From Podarcis liolepis (taxonomy: Eukaryota): DNA of 64,000 nucleotides. This document shows, one piece after another, positions 49,577-63,140 of the stretch. Numbering within the stretch: the stretch's first letter is position 1; every line of letters begins with the position of its first letter. The notes below the pieces were generated by a model, which worked only from the letters and a program-made list of their open reading frames with translations, was not told the origin of the DNA and did not search any database. The position numbers and the translations under genes are program-made. The stretch is taken from the NCBI GenBank assembly GCA_965112155.1, contig OZ218101.1; one strand, 5' to 3'.

Positions 49577-52500
49577 TCTCACATACTTAGTGGGACTTAA
49601 TTCAGAATGGATATGCATAGGACTGCACTATAGTCAGTGATCTTCTGCATGCAGATGCTCTACCACTGAGCTACAGACTGTCCCCTTCCTTCATTTTGCA
49701 GGCTTTAGGGGGATATATCTGCTATTATTATTGTTCTTCCAGTGCAAGCACTTCTGCTGTCCAGATGGAATAAGTTCCCCTCTCCTCCCCTGTCTGCTGT
49801 TCTGGGGATTCTCCTGAGCAGAGCAAATTGGGGGTAGTGGGGATAGCATGCAGCAGGCAGGAGGGGGGGAGATGTCCCATCATTATCCTGGCTTTCACCA
49901 GTACGACCTAGTTGCATCCAGCCCACTGATTCCGATGTCTTACTGTGCTAAGAATTTCATTGCTGCTACTGTTATGATTTCATTATTGCTTGACTGTGGT
50001 TTATTATTGTGTTTGTTCCTTTATAACCTGGTTTTTGACCGAAAGATCTACAAAGTGGTGAATGTGGGCAAATACACTTCGGCAAACTTAAAAACTTAGT
50101 TGCAGTTGTGATTAAGGGGCTAAGAAGCCAAAGGCAATGGGACAAAAGTAGACTGAGAGAGATAGTATCACCATGAGGGAGGAGGGGATAGAAAGAGAAA
50201 ATGGACGAAGTCCTGAAAAGCTGAGAGTCAAAAGAAAGCACAGGAGAAGGCTATGGAAAGCTTTAAAGGCATGGAGAAGGAATTTGTGCTAGATAAAGAA
50301 TAGAAGGCAGTAAAGAGGAGCATCATATTGTCTAAGCAACAAAAGAGGTGAATGTTTTGTGGATATGTTTGAGCAGACAGATGTGAAAGAGGAATAAAAA
50401 AGAAAATATTACCCGTTTGACTTTTAAACTGAAAACTTAAATATACTTTCCTGTGTTAAACCAAGTGAACCAAATGCTTTTACCAAATGACGCATTTGTC
50501 ATCCTGAACGAACGCATTGCTGGAAAACTTAAACTGAAAGATGAAGTTTTTTTTCAAACCTAAAGCACATCCGTTCCAAAGACTCTCAGTATAGGAAGAA
50601 AATAAATCTAAACTTGTCTTGACCCATTCATCTGAGTCACAATGAATTGCTCCAGTTTCTTTCAAAGCACAGAAATCTGCAAGACCTTTTGTGGTTCTCT
50701 GTTTCTTGATTCATAGATACGTATGAGATTACAAGAGGAGGAACTCACTGCCTTATATGGCTAAATAACTGTTTTGTTTTTGGGGGCAGGAACTAGCTGG
50801 CTGCAGATTCCAGAAAGAAAAGTATATGGTGCTACAGCATGCACAAATGAACAACACTCTCAGAATGGTATTCCATGATTGTGCAATTTCTTTGAAATAA
50901 ATGCTGCTAGGTTTTCCAGGGAAATACCTCCAGCCATTCTGCTTTGTCGTCTTAGTATTTCCCTTTCCTTTTTGCCTCTCTATACAGCTGTTCTTATACA
51001 CCACTGTAGTTGCTGCTGCTTCCACTATAGGTGTGGAGGATAGGTGGGCATGACAGCATTTGGCAGTTTTTGCAAGCGTGTGCTCAGTCACAGCCATGAC
51101 TTGAAATGCTTATTAGCGCTGCAAGCAAACACATCTATGAATGTTATTGGGACTTGCCACATCAAAGCTCCAAAAGAAGGCAATTTCCTCCTGCTCTCTT
51201 CCCTACCGGAGAGATTATGAAATAAAAATGTTTGAGATGCTTCATTGAATCAGGTTTCTAATTCCCTTCATGCCCAGGGTAGCGCCCATACTTCCTCCTG
51301 GATTTTATAATCATAACAACCCTGCTGAAAGAACATAACCCAGTTTCATGGCTGAACTGGCATTGAGCCTAGGCTGCCCCAGTCTACATCAAACACTCCA
51401 TAGATTGGCGTGGTGCCCTCCAGATGCCCCATCATCTCTGATCATTGTTCATGCTGTCTGGAGCTGATGGAACCTGCAGTCCAGAACATCTGGAGGTCAC
51501 AAGGCTAGTAAAAGTGTTCTAGATAAACATTGCTCTGCACTGGCTTTTCATACATTGTTGAATTAAATTAAAATAAAAGTCAGCTGTACAGACAACAACC
51601 GTTACAGGCGCGTCTGACATGTGCATGACCGTGCATGCACGCATCCTGCTGAATGCCCACGTAAATCGGGAGTTGCCTGTAGTTTGCAACTCAGCGCAGT
51701 GTCAGACAGAATGCTAAGCGGCTACAGACTGGACATTTTATCACACATCTGCACTTGCTCAGGTATCTTGGGGCAGAGAAAACCTACTCTGAATGATTTT
51801 GGCCATGTGCAATGGCTTAGTGATAAGGTCAGGCAGGAAACACCAATTCCTGGTGCTGTTTCTTCCCTTCCCCTTTTGTTTCATCTCCCGGCCCCCACCC
51901 CAACACGTCTGAAGAAAGATAAGAGCCAATGGCATCTCTAGTCCAAGTTCCTTTTTCTTGCAGTGACCAACCAGGTGCCTGAGGGAAGCCCACATATATT
52001 TGCTCGTTTATTTAGCCTTTGTATCAATATCTTTCAGTTACAAAGCTAAGTTTCTGTATTGCCGTCTTCTTCAAAAGGGCTGCATGCATTGGGCTGAGAC
52101 TGAGGGGTGGGATGTGTGTGTCTTTCATGTGTAGACATGTATGTTTTGGTAGTATGCTTAATGCTGGTGGTGTTCCTCTGAAATGAGTATTACATCCTCC
52201 TTGCAACAGAAAACAAAGACTGCAGCCTCCTCTTCCTGCTCTTATGAACCAAGCCTGATTGCATAGAAGAGTAAAGAGCGGCCCCTCCTGGCTCAAGGCA
52301 CAACTCAGATTGCAACTTGAGGAGATTCCTTCCACTCCGCCCTCAACCTCTACTACGCAGCAAATGGCAGAGAAAGGCGTTTTCGAGCATGTGCAATGAA
52401 CTGCATCAGTGTCAGCTTTGCGTTTGTGATTCAGCTTTGCAATTTTGATTCACCATTTAAAGCAGTTGCCAGTGTGGGATCTCATTAAAAAGATACTGTG

Positions 52501-53786
52501 CACATCTAATTTTGCAGGTGCAACTCTCTGCTTGGCAAGGAGTGCTGTACAGAGCTGCCAGCAAATCAATAGAACAACAACAAATGACCAGATTCACACA
52601 CCAGCAGCCGGCTTCTCAGACCGAGAATTTCAGAGCCTAGGAGAATTATGTACTTCCCATTTTGACTAATCGCTTCTGGCTGCAGTGGAGTCTTTTTAAA
52701 GATGCTGAATCTGCGTTAAGCAGCAAGAGAGACACTCTGGGCAGTGCTTATGTCTACATAACAAATGAGCAAAATTCCACTATTCCTTCTAGATTTCACT
52801 TCAGCCTCATGTGCCTTTGTTTGCTGTGGGAAAATGAGCGTCGCTGCAGACATTACCTCTTCCACCAGTGCGTTGCTATGATGGAAGGAACAGCAACACC
52901 CCACTTTTTATGAAACTGTTAATGGTCGTGTCCTGTATCTTTCTTAAAATAACTTTTCATAACTTTATAAACAAGGATCATAAAAATGATAAATGATACA
53001 AATAAATAGATCAAGTCTTCTCATGTCATTTGTATGTCACAAAAATAGCACAATAAATTTGCAGTAATATCTACAACATATGGTTCATTATTAGTGGTCA
53101 ATGTGTGAATTATTGGTTTGAACAAAACCAAAGGGGAAATTGGATAGATTTGACTGATAGCAGTCAAACAGAAGCCCTTGTGGTTGTTCTTAGATTAAGT
53201 ATGAGTAACATTCATTTTTCCTCCTATGTTACCAGTGAAACGATATAAAGTCTTGGTGTATTGATGAATGTGGGACAGGGGTTCGAAGTGAAAATAATAA
53301 TTAAAGATTAAATTTAAATTTAGATCAAACAGTTTGAGCCAAATGCTGATGCCTGGTTTTGCTCATTATCTGGACTATTAAACTAGCATATGTTATGAAA
53401 TTAAACTACACTGGGCTAAAGCCATCTGATAGCACTCCGTTCAATCTACAAAGCTATTTGTGATTGCAGTCTCTTTCCCACCCTTCCAATACCATTCTGC
53501 TATAGGAAGTATCTTATGAACGGTATCCTAAACCCCAGGCACAGTGCAGTGGATAGAGGAGGGGTAAAAAGCAATGGCAGCATAACAGCTTCATGGCAGC
53601 TTCATCACCCAAGTGAACTCAGCAAGCATTTCAATTTCAAATATTATGGTTATTCTTACTTTTAGTTAGGTATTTTTATGTATTTACTTGATTTAGGGGA
53701 AACAGTTGCCCCCCTGCCCCCCAACAACATCTGGAAGGGCATGCCCTAGGCCCTCCATAGCCAGGGTTCATTGAAAAGAGAGTCAT

Positions 53787-54518
53787 TTGCACAAATACAA
53801 GATGGGTGACACCTGGCTTGAGAGCAGTACATGTGAAAAGGATCTAGGAGTCTTGGTTGACCACAAACTTGACATGAGCCAACAGTGTGACGCGGCAGCT
53901 AAAAAAGCCAATGCAATTCTGAGCCTCATCAATAGGAGTATAGCATCTAGATCAAGGGAGGTAATAGTGCCACTGTATTCTGCTCTGGTCAGACCTCACC
54001 TGGAGTACTGTGTCCAGTTCTGGGCACCACAATTCAAGAAGGACACTGACAAACTGGAACGTGTCCAGAGGAGGGCAACCAAAATGGTCAAAGGCCTGGA
54101 AACGATGCCTTATGAGGAACGGCTAAGGGAGCTGGGCATGTTTAGCCTGGAGAAGAGGAGGTTAAGGGGTGATATGATAGCCATGTTCAAATATATAAAA
54201 GGATGTCACATAGAGGAGGGAGAAAGGTTGTTTTCTGCTGCTCCAGAGAAGCGGACACGGAGCAATGGATCCAAACTACAAGAAAGAAGATTCCACCTAA
54301 ACATTAGGAAGAACTTCCTGACAGTAAGAGCTGTTCGACAGTGGAATTTGCTGCCAAGGAGTGTGGTGGAGTCTCCTTCTTTGGAGGTCTTTAAGCAGAG
54401 GCTTGACAACCATATGTCAGGAGTGCTCTGATGGTGTTTCCTGCTTGGCAGGGGGTTGGACTCGATGGCCCTTGTGGTCTCTTCCAACTCTATGATTCTA
54501 TGATTCTATGATTCTATG
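53787..54518 (+). mobile_element. Young 5'-truncated CR1 LINE with open ORF2 C-terminus (53787-54431)
   Basis: [51 protein letters not shown] motifs with no stops over 214 codons; 3'UTR and (ATTCTATG)x4 tail. Confidence 0.97.
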
Positions 54519-54544
54519 AAAGGAAAAAGACACCATCCCCCACC

Positions 54545-54713
54545 CAGCGCCTTTTTTTCTGGGGGTACGCAGCGGTACGCATACCCCAAACATTTTGTGA
54601 ATCTTGTACTTTTACTGTATTTATTTCCCCCGATATAAATCACTACAAAATGGTGGTTTTCTTGAGTCAAAACGAGAGTACCCCTAAACATTGTTTAAAG
54701 AAAAAAAGCACTG
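54545..54713. mobile_element. hAT MITE (CAGTGCTTTTTT family)
   Basis: Termini CAGCGCCTTTTT / AAAAAAGCACTG, perfect TSD CCCCCACC. Confidence 0.9.
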
Positions 54714-55139
54714 CCCCCACCCCATCAAAAAGATTCATATTTGCATACAATTTGCATATACTGATTGTTGTGTGTAGATGCAAAGTTATAATGATTGTAA
54801 TTTAAAACGAAACATAATTCATCTCACCACAGTGTGAAAGGACTGTGATAGTGAGGACCACTGTGATCTGGTGACCTGGGTACCCGCTCAGTCTGCTACT
54901 AGCTGTAGATGGGTGGTTTGAAGGCCCCTCTCATTTCTTATGGTTCCCCATCTATAAACTGGACTTGGAAGAATCAGCCCTTCAGATAGAATACTGTCCT
55001 CTGTAATGTAGGACACATCACCACCTCAAGTAGGGGTCTCTAACAGATTACAGTTCCCTTTCAGGAAAGGAGGACAAGAGTGGTCCAAAATATTGTAGCG
55101 TGTCTCATCCAGTGTTTATCTGCTGTCGCTGAGATAGTA

Positions 55140-55381
55140 CAGTGGTACCTCGTGTTGCGAACTGTCCCCCTTATGAATTCTTCGGGTTATGCACTCTGCT
55201 AACCCGGAAGTAGATGCCCCTTGTTGCGAACTTTGCCCCAGGATGTCAGTGGAAATTGTGCTCCGCCGGCACAGCAGCAGCGGGAGATGCCATTAGCAGA
55301 AGTGCACCTCATGTTATGAGCGGTTTCCAGTTACGAACGGACCTCCAGAACAGATTAAGTTCATAACCGGAGGTACTACTG
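55140..55381. mobile_element. Tc1/mariner (Tigger-like) MITE, diverged subfamily
   Basis: TIR CAGTGGTACCTC / GAGGTACTACTG, TA flanks, colinear with the 11041 and 45264 copies. Confidence 0.88.
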
Positions 55382-55401
55382 TATATAAACAAATGGAACT
55401 T

Positions 55402-55433
55402 GCTGCCATCTATTGGTCTTCTTGTGGAATAGC
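55402..55433 (-). promoter_or_regulatory. Candidate CTCF site
   Basis: GCTGCCATCTATTGG matches the reverse complement of the CTCF core; GGAATAGC 9 nt further resembles the upstream motif. Confidence 0.4.
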
Positions 55434-55806
55434 TTTTGCCAGGCCAGTTGTTGCCCCCCCCCCCCCGCTAATAGCATACGTGCTTTGCTGTGCTATTTTA
55501 TGTGCTCTAAGCAGATTAAAGATGCATATGAAGTGTGACACAAGGTTTTAATCTGTCTCTGACCACTGACTGTAAATTGGCAAAGCTAAAATAATTTGGG
55601 AAACAATTTCTAAGATGTTCTTCATAAGAAGACTTTATTGTGGGAAGGCATTATCAAGTTACAGATTACTAAAAGCATTGTTTGTTTAAGAAACATTTTT
55701 TAAATGGCTACATGAGCCTGCCACAGTAAATAAAAGACCACAATGTCATCTTACCAGTCAAGTCATGCAAATAACTGTCTGCTCCTGTTTTTGGAACACT
55801 GGTAAA

Positions 55807-56041
55807 CACTGGCGGAGGAACGGGAGTGTGGAGGGAGCAGACGGCTCCCAGCACTATTCTGGTAGGGTGCCATTGTGCCCCCCCCCCGGGCACCCCCCGG
55901 GCATGCACCATGCATCCCCGCGCTTGCCGGGTGACACACCCCCACAGATGTCGTGCCACGCCCCCAGAACGTGTGCCACCTCCTGGGGGCGCCCCCGCCT
56001 GCTCTCCACCCCCGGTAGCGAAGCATGCAGCTTCACCACTG
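55807..56041. mobile_element. GC-rich hAT MITE
   Basis: Perfect TSD CTGGTAAA (55799-55806, 56042-56049), imperfect TIR CACTGGCGGA / TTCACCACTG. Confidence 0.85.
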
Positions 56042-56637
56042 CTGGTAAAGAAAGCGCAGCTTGATATTCCTAAGGGATGGAAACACATTTAGTAAGATGC
56101 ACACAGTGGCCATGTTCCCACTGATACATTTAAAGCATAATTTACAGCGCTAAGAACAACATGAGTTGCAGAGATACCTTTTCACAGAGAAGAACCACAT
56201 CATTGATTTCACTGCATCTGTATAAACTCTGGAAGAACATCCTTCTCATGGAGAACACTGTACAGATTGCAGAAAGAGGGTATCTGAAGCTCCATGACAA
56301 CTGTAGGAACCTGACACAGCTCTTTCCATATTGAGGGGCAGGGGAGGCTCTATAGAGAACCATAAAGCTATATTTGATGAAGAAAGACAAGAGAAATATC
56401 ACACAAAGACTTAGGTGACAACATAATGACAGAATGGTCCCGACTAGTATGGTTAGTCATTTTAATGGAAAAACTGACACAGAAAGCGAGGCACTGAAGA
56501 TCTGTCTTATTTGCTCATTTTCTCAGGTGATTTCTCACAGGGTGCCCTCAGGGTGGAATGACTCATTGTTCTCAACAGCAATCCAATGGGAGTTGCCTCC
56601 AAGTAAATCTCTCAGGTTGGAGTCACTGGCACACGAT

Positions 56638-56761
56638 TAAGGTTACCAGACGTCCCCATTTCCCGGGGACAGTCCCCGGATTTACAAATCAGTCCCCATA
56701 GAAAATCCATTGAAGTTGAAAAGTGTCCCCAGATTCATTGAAAAAAAATCTGGTAACCTTA
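56638..56761. mobile_element. hAT-like MITE
   Basis: Perfect TIR TAAGGTTACCAGA / TCTGGTAACCTTA; repeated GTCCCC motifs; TSD not clear. Confidence 0.8.
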
Positions 56762-59289
56762 CACTAACTGAAAAGGCACCAAGGCGAATGCCATCTGCCT
56801 GAAATTAGCCCTGGAGCTGGGGAGGCCATGCCATGGTTTATATATTACATTATAAGCACAACTGTGACTCGCCATTGGGTGTCACTCTTCTTTCAACTAA
56901 CAGTAGCACAGGCGAAAGCAGAGAAAAATCATCTGGGTCCTCTCTAAAACAGTTGGAAACACTCCCTTACAAATTGGCAGGGTTGGTGTTTGGATGTGTA
57001 TTGGAGATATCCTATGCCGTGCAGCGATATCAAAACCTTTCTCAGCATTTTGGTTAACATGCTCTGCTTGGGTTGTTTTGCTTCTCTCATCCTCTCCTCA
57101 CTAAGGCACAGCTTGGGGTTCTAACTTTTTTCTTCTTCTGGAAGAATGTTATATATTTCACAATTCACTGAAGGGGGAAACATTCCTGGGGCATTCAGTT
57201 TTTTTGGGGAAAGCACCAGTGACTTGGGGTGTCTTTGTGGCAGTTGGTGTATTTACAGATATACCATTCACCTAGGTATGCCGAGCTAAAGAAAGGCCTC
57301 TGCCATGATCAAGGAGACTCAGAATCACTCACCAGCTATACCCCCTGCCTTCCCGGAAGAAGCCCTGTGGCAACTCCTATCAGCTCCAGCCAGCATGGCT
57401 GAAGGTTGGGGGTGATGGGAGTTGTAGTCCAATAGCAACTAGAGTCTGCCAAGTTGGGAAAGGCTGATATAAGGGTTTCTAAAGGAGGCCAGGGAGATAT
57501 CAAAGGGAATACGCAGACCCCTGCCTGCCATGCAGTGGAACATTTATTATCATTTGCTACCCGCCGATGATGTATCAACCAACTATCCTCTACCATTAGC
57601 AAGCCAGACGCCCAGTAAATGACGGGTAACAAAAGTTTAGACTTATTCCCATACACCACACTGTATGGTTTACATTAGCAAAAGGAAGCTAGCAGATTAC
57701 TGATGCTGTCTGCTGATTTTCCAGAGATTTGCAAGCATGGAACAGGAAACGACATTTATATGAAAAAGACTTGATGAAGGAAATCCTCCGAAGTGAGGTG
57801 TGGTTTTACATGTGAGCCATTGCACTGAATTTCCATCAACGGTGGTGCATTTGTTAGGTCTATCTCCTGAAGGAAAGAACTGCGCTTGACCCTCTAGCTT
57901 GAGCCAGAATCCAGTTCAGTTAAAGTGTTTGTGTTTAAACAATGTTTTTCTTTTTGACTTGAAAGGGACTGCACAATCTAAGGGGCAAACGCTACATGGC
58001 ACACACTTCTTGGATGTGAATTTTTTTTATGTTCATTTGTTTTAAACCTTTTCTATATTTATCATTCTTGCATAATTGTTTTTACACTTGCCATTGTTTT
58101 AACTGTTTTATGTGTGTTATTATATTATAAATAGCTTTGGGATCCTCATAGGAAGTGATTCATAAAGATAAATAAATAAACTCCCATCTTTCCTGACCAT
58201 TGGCCATGCTGGCTGGGGCTGATGGGAGATGGCGTCCAACAACCTCGGGGGGGGGGCTGTCTTTGCTATAGACAACTAAATTACTGACACGGTGACATTT
58301 TATTTATTATTTTGCAATTTTGCCGAAAAAGCTCAACAACTTTTCTGTCTGGATTTTCACCGCTTGAAATAATGGCAACCCTAACAGAGGCCCAAAGACA
58401 GAAAGAATTCCAAACAGCACTTGACTGCTGAGGGCGATCTGACTGTGAGAATGAAAACAGTGATGCAAAAGAATGTTACGGACAAGGGTAGCAGGAGAGC
58501 AAAACCCAACAATTTTGTTTTAAAAATGAGGAATACCCTTTCACAGGGAACTAGCACAAATGGATACAGCAGAAATTAAACTGACAAAAAAGATAAGAGG
58601 CTTTTCATTTGGGGGCCCTGAGGGAATCTAATTAACCACTTTCTAGAGAAACGGCAGCAGTGCCTCACACTGAATCCTCTGTCAGATACTTGGCAAGAAG
58701 TCAAATTGCTTTGAAAGAAATTAATGGGGAGGGAAAGCTATAATGTCTGACGATAAAGCAAACTGGCTGGCCTAAGAGCTGTAGGGCCTTTGGTTCTGGA
58801 ATGCTTGAGTGCATATTGAGAGTGGACCAGTGATGAACCCTAGGATAGTGTTTACAAAAGAACACAAAGAGCATAGTCATAAATCGCCCGCTGCAGCCTG
58901 TAATTACTCAAACTCTATTGCAGCAGATTTCCTCTTCATGTGATAAGTACTACTTGAAGCCAAACTAATGAGCAATAATGACCAGAAAATTGATTGGTTG
59001 AGGTTACACCTTCTTACATTGGTGATGCAGAGATAGACTCATTTCTAACTGCGATTAAGCTACTTCCATCGTTCTGGTGTCGACTTCAGTGAGTCCATAC
59101 TATAGTTTGTCCATTACGAGCTTCTTACTTTACACCCATCCTGCTGTTTAAGGTGATATCTTTGTAATCAAATAGAAGATGCTAAAAACCACAATTGCAC
59201 TAGGGAGAAAAGAACCCTACCATATAGTTCACTCAACCTGGGAATGAGCTCCAGACAGACTACACTTGCCATGAAAACTATGGCTATTA

Positions 59290-59616
59290 CATACCCTCCA
59301 ACATTTCTATGATGAAAATAATGTCCATAATGACAACTTTACTATTTATACCCCACACAACTTACAGGGTTGGCCCAGCTACTCTGGGCAGCTTCCAATA
59401 TATATAAAAACATAATAAAACATTTTAAAACTTCCCTATGCAAGATTGCTTTCAGATGGCTTGGGGGGTCAGATAACTCCATAGCCTCCAGCATTTCTCC
59501 AATGAAAACTGGGATGCCCTAAGGGAAAGCAGGACATTCCAGGATCAAATCATAAACTGGGACGGCTTCTCCAAATCAGGAACATCCCTGGAAAATAGGG
59601 ACACTTTGAGGGTCTG
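59290..59616. mobile_element. Composite hAT-like MITE
   Basis: CATACCCTCCAAC.. start repeated internally near 59478; ends GAGGGTCTG; 3' half matches 42826-42982. Confidence 0.7.
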
Positions 59617-59689
59617 CTATTATTATTACAGCAGAGGCCATGCACAAAGGCTTGTAGAGATGAAGGATAAGCAGCTTTGTGACTGCAGC

Positions 59690-60010
59690 TGTACACAAGA
59701 GCACAAGAAGAGCCCTTACCTATTCTTGCACGTAGTCCAACTTCCTGCTTCTTTCCACCAGTGGTCAACCAGACATCTTCAGAGGGCCCACAAGCTGGAC
59801 ATGAAAGCAAGATCCCTTTCCTCCCATTATTGCACCCCAGGAATGGTATCCAGAGATCTACTGCCTCTGAACCTGGAAGTTGCACATCTAGCAGCCATTG
59901 ATGCTTGGGTCATCTAAGGAAGTGGCCATCACCACATCTTGTTGCAGCAAATTCTATAACCATGCATTGTGAAAAGAAGTTCTTTATTTTGTGTAACTTG
60001 AAACCATGGT
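59690..60010 (-). mobile_element. Old CR1-group LINE 3' fragment
   Basis: Minus strand reads HKIKNFFSQCMVIE...; AAGAAGAGCC..GTCCA..TCCTG tail motif shared with degraded pieces near 4640-4800, 12290-12480, 16880-17000, 19030-19140 and 36290-36450. Confidence 0.6.
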
Positions 60011-60977
60011 TAAAGCCATTTTTTTTAGACCTGAGGGATAGCTCAGTTCGAGCCCCACATGGGGTGAAAGATTTCTGCAGTGAAGGGAGTTGCACCAGAT
60101 CCTCATTGTCTCTTCCATCGCTATGATCCTCTGTAATGTGAGACACATAGCCACTCTACACCCCAGTAAAAGGCAAGAGGATGAACTCATTCTATGATAA
60201 ATCAGTTTGTCTGGAGTCTAATGGATAATGCAATAACACAGAGAGCACCAAGGCTTAAGCATTTTCAGGCAGAATGTCTAGAACACCTGGAGCTGGGAGT
60301 GATGTTTGTGACTGACGATGACATTTTCCTCAGGCCTTAAATTAAAAATAACTTTGGATAATGATAAAAGTTATGAAAATGCCCTCAGACCTAATTGACA
60401 GCTATTAAATGTGCATGTGCAAGCTATTTTTGAAAGATGAAATGTTTGCTCTACATGTTGTGTCTGAATTATTTTACTGCACATTCTTAAGAAGCATTCT
60501 GTGGTTTGCCAATAGGGTAAGAAATAGAATCCCAAAGCAGACAGGCACAGAGTGTTTTAAGGAAAGAGCGGGCTTTTATGAGCTGAATCATCATTTGTTT
60601 CCTCACTCGCAGAAAGAGTTTTGGCTTGTTTTCACATTTAATCACAAGCGAGGAAATTCAATATTCTTCTACATCCATGGTCAAATAGATTGCTGAATTA
60701 AATTATTATTTGAACGGTGACTCTTTCATTTTACACCCACCAGACTGCCAATAGGTCTGGCTCAAAGACATCCCTTGGTTTCTAATGCCATTTTATCCAG
60801 GGACTTTGTTATGCTTCGAGCTAAGGCCAGTATTGTTTAATGATAAAATCCCAAATATACTTTGCAGGTATTGGCCCAGTTCACACATCATAGTAATGTT
60901 TTACTATGAAAGGTGGTGATTGCTCCCACTGTAATTCTTGACTCTGGCCTCTAAGAGAAACAAACCACAACATCTGG

Positions 60978-61359
60978 TGTAAAAGGTAAAGGACCCCTAG
61001 ACAGTTAAGTCCAGTCAAAGGCGACTATGGGATTGTGGTGCTCATCTCACTTTCAGGCCAAGGGAGCCGACGTTTGTCCACAGACAGCTTTCTGGGTCAT
61101 GTGGCCAGCATGACTAAACTGCTACTGGTGCAACGGAACACCGTGGCGTAAGTCAGAGTGCACAGAAACACCGTTTACCTTCCCGCCACAGCCGTACCTA
61201 TTTATCTACTTGCGTTGGTATGCTTTTGAACTGCTAGGTTGGGAGGAGTGGGGACAGAGAAACAGGAGCTCACCGTGTCACGGGGATTCGAACCGCCAAC
61301 CTTCTGATTGGCAAGCCCAAGAGGCTCAGTGGTTTAGACCACAGCACCACCCGCGTCCG
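60978..61359 (-). mobile_element. Sauria SINE, full length
   Basis: Complete from tail to head; TSD CATCTGG. Confidence 0.94.
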
Positions 61360-62033
61360 CATCTGGCTTAGTGTTACATCTGAACCAGGGATTGTTCTTT
61401 AGCTTGCTTTATCAAATCATGATTGGCAAGTCAAGAACAAATCTCAGCTGAACATCATGGTTTGTTTCACTTCAAACAGACCCTAGTTCACACAAAGGCA
61501 GGGATCGTGTTTTCTTCTTCCCATTGGCCAGAAGAAAGGAGTGAAGCAGGAGCCATCTGGTTATTGGGATGTACAAACACTGCCCAATGTAGGTTGATGA
61601 CTGGCTTCTTAGTCATCACATCTCCCCAGTATATTGCTCTAGAACTTGAAGCCTGCTGTCCTAATCACATGTACATGGAATTGAGTCCTACTGAACTGAT
61701 AGGTCTTATAAATGTTTTTTTGCTAAAATGTGGGGAATGGATAAGCTAACTTTGCCTGTTTTTAAAGAGCCCACATCCTCCCACTAAAAAATATTATTAC
61801 AGCCTGGATTAGATATTTTCCTGTCAATCTTAAGATTTATGAAAGAAGTCTCTAATAAATCATTTCAATAGGATGGTGAATAATTTCAGTGTAATAATTC
61901 AGTGACCGGATCATCTCCTCCTAGCAAGATACACATGGTAAACCTTAAGAAGTTGGAGAAAAGCCAGATAGACAAACTTTACAACAGGTAGACAGAGGGG
62001 GAAATAAACTGATTGTTGCCATTTACTCATGTG

Positions 62034-62112
62034 TAATAATAATAATAATAATAAATTTTATTTATATCCCGCCCTCCCCAGCCGAAGCCGGGCTCAGGGC
62101 GGCTAACAACAA
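62034..62112 (-). mobile_element. (AAT)n tract plus short LINE/SINE 3' tail
   Basis: (AAT)n then TTTATTTATATCCCGCCCTCCCC..GGGCTCAGGGCGGCTAAC, an L2-type 3' end with CpGs intact. Confidence 0.65.
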
Positions 62113-62597
62113 TAAAACTGTACTAAATCAGACTTTCACAATTATACTGGAAACAAGAGCAGAAATGGATTTTCATGGTGATAGTTACAGTGCAAAACCA
62201 TAAACTACTGTTACCACTGTTGCAAGAAATTCATCAAGATGTCCCTGAATACAAAGTGATTTGTCCTTTATTCTGCAAAATACATCACTTTTATGAGAAC
62301 CTAGCAAATGATTCTGAAGAACATGTCCAAGCATAGTTTTGCAAATTTCCTTTTAACAATTGCTAGCTCCTTCCAATGAACTGCTTAGTGCTCACCCAAG
62401 TTTGTTTGTTTGTTTTTTAAGCTGTTTGGGGAATTTGGTGCAAGAGACATGATACTGAGGGGCCAATGATAAGATGGTGAGGGTCTCATTACCATTAGAC
62501 ACCATAACTAAAAAAATACCTGTCTGTTATAACTGCTCTGGTGTCCTGCACATAATACATAATGAAAACAAAATCAAACAAATAATTCCCCCTCCTA

Positions 62598-62952
62598 AAG
62601 ATAACGTAAAGGGACCCCTGACCATTAGTTCCAGTCGTGACCAACTCTGGGCTTGTGGCGATCATCTCGCTATATTGGCCAAGGGAGCCGGCGTACAGCT
62701 TCTGGGTCATGTGGCCAGCATGACTAAGCCACTTCTGGCAAACCAGAGCAGCACACAGAAACGCCGTTTACCTTCCTGCCAGAGTAGTACCTATTTATCT
62801 ACTTGCACTTTGACGTGCTTTCGAACTGCTAGGTTGGCAGGAGGAGGGACCGAGCAACAGGCGCTCTCCCCGTTGCAGGGATTCAAACCACCGACCTTCT
62901 GATCGGCAAGTCCTAGGCTCTGTGGTTTAACCCACAGCGCCACCCACATCCC
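62598..62952 (-). mobile_element. Sauria SINE, full length
   Basis: Perfect TSD ATTCCCCCTCCTA (62585-62597, 62953-62965). Confidence 0.95.
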
Positions 62953-62965
62953 ATTCCCCCTCCTA

Positions 62966-63140
62966 GGTAAGGGTAAAGGTACCCCTGCCCGTACGGGCCA
63001 GTCTTGACAGACTCTAGGGTTGTGCGCTCATCTCAGTCTAGAGGCCGGGAGCCGGGCCATCCGCAGACACTTCCGGGTCACGTGGCCAGTGTGACATCGC
63101 TGCTCTGGCGAGCCTGCACCAGTGCAGCACACGGAACGCC
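62966..63140 (-). mobile_element. Sauria SINE 3' half, different subfamily
   Basis: GGTAAGGGTAAAGGTACCCCTGCCCGTACGGGCCAGTC tail variant; truncated after GGAACGCC. Confidence 0.9.

Noticed and set aside
53787-54431. 214-aa ORF as a host gene
   Set aside because: It is the C-terminal part of CR1 ORF2, starts at a non-ATG codon at the truncation point and ends in a CR1 tail
56140-56460. Possible decayed transposase or coding fragment
   Set aside because: Purine-rich and coding-like by eye, but no motif I can assign
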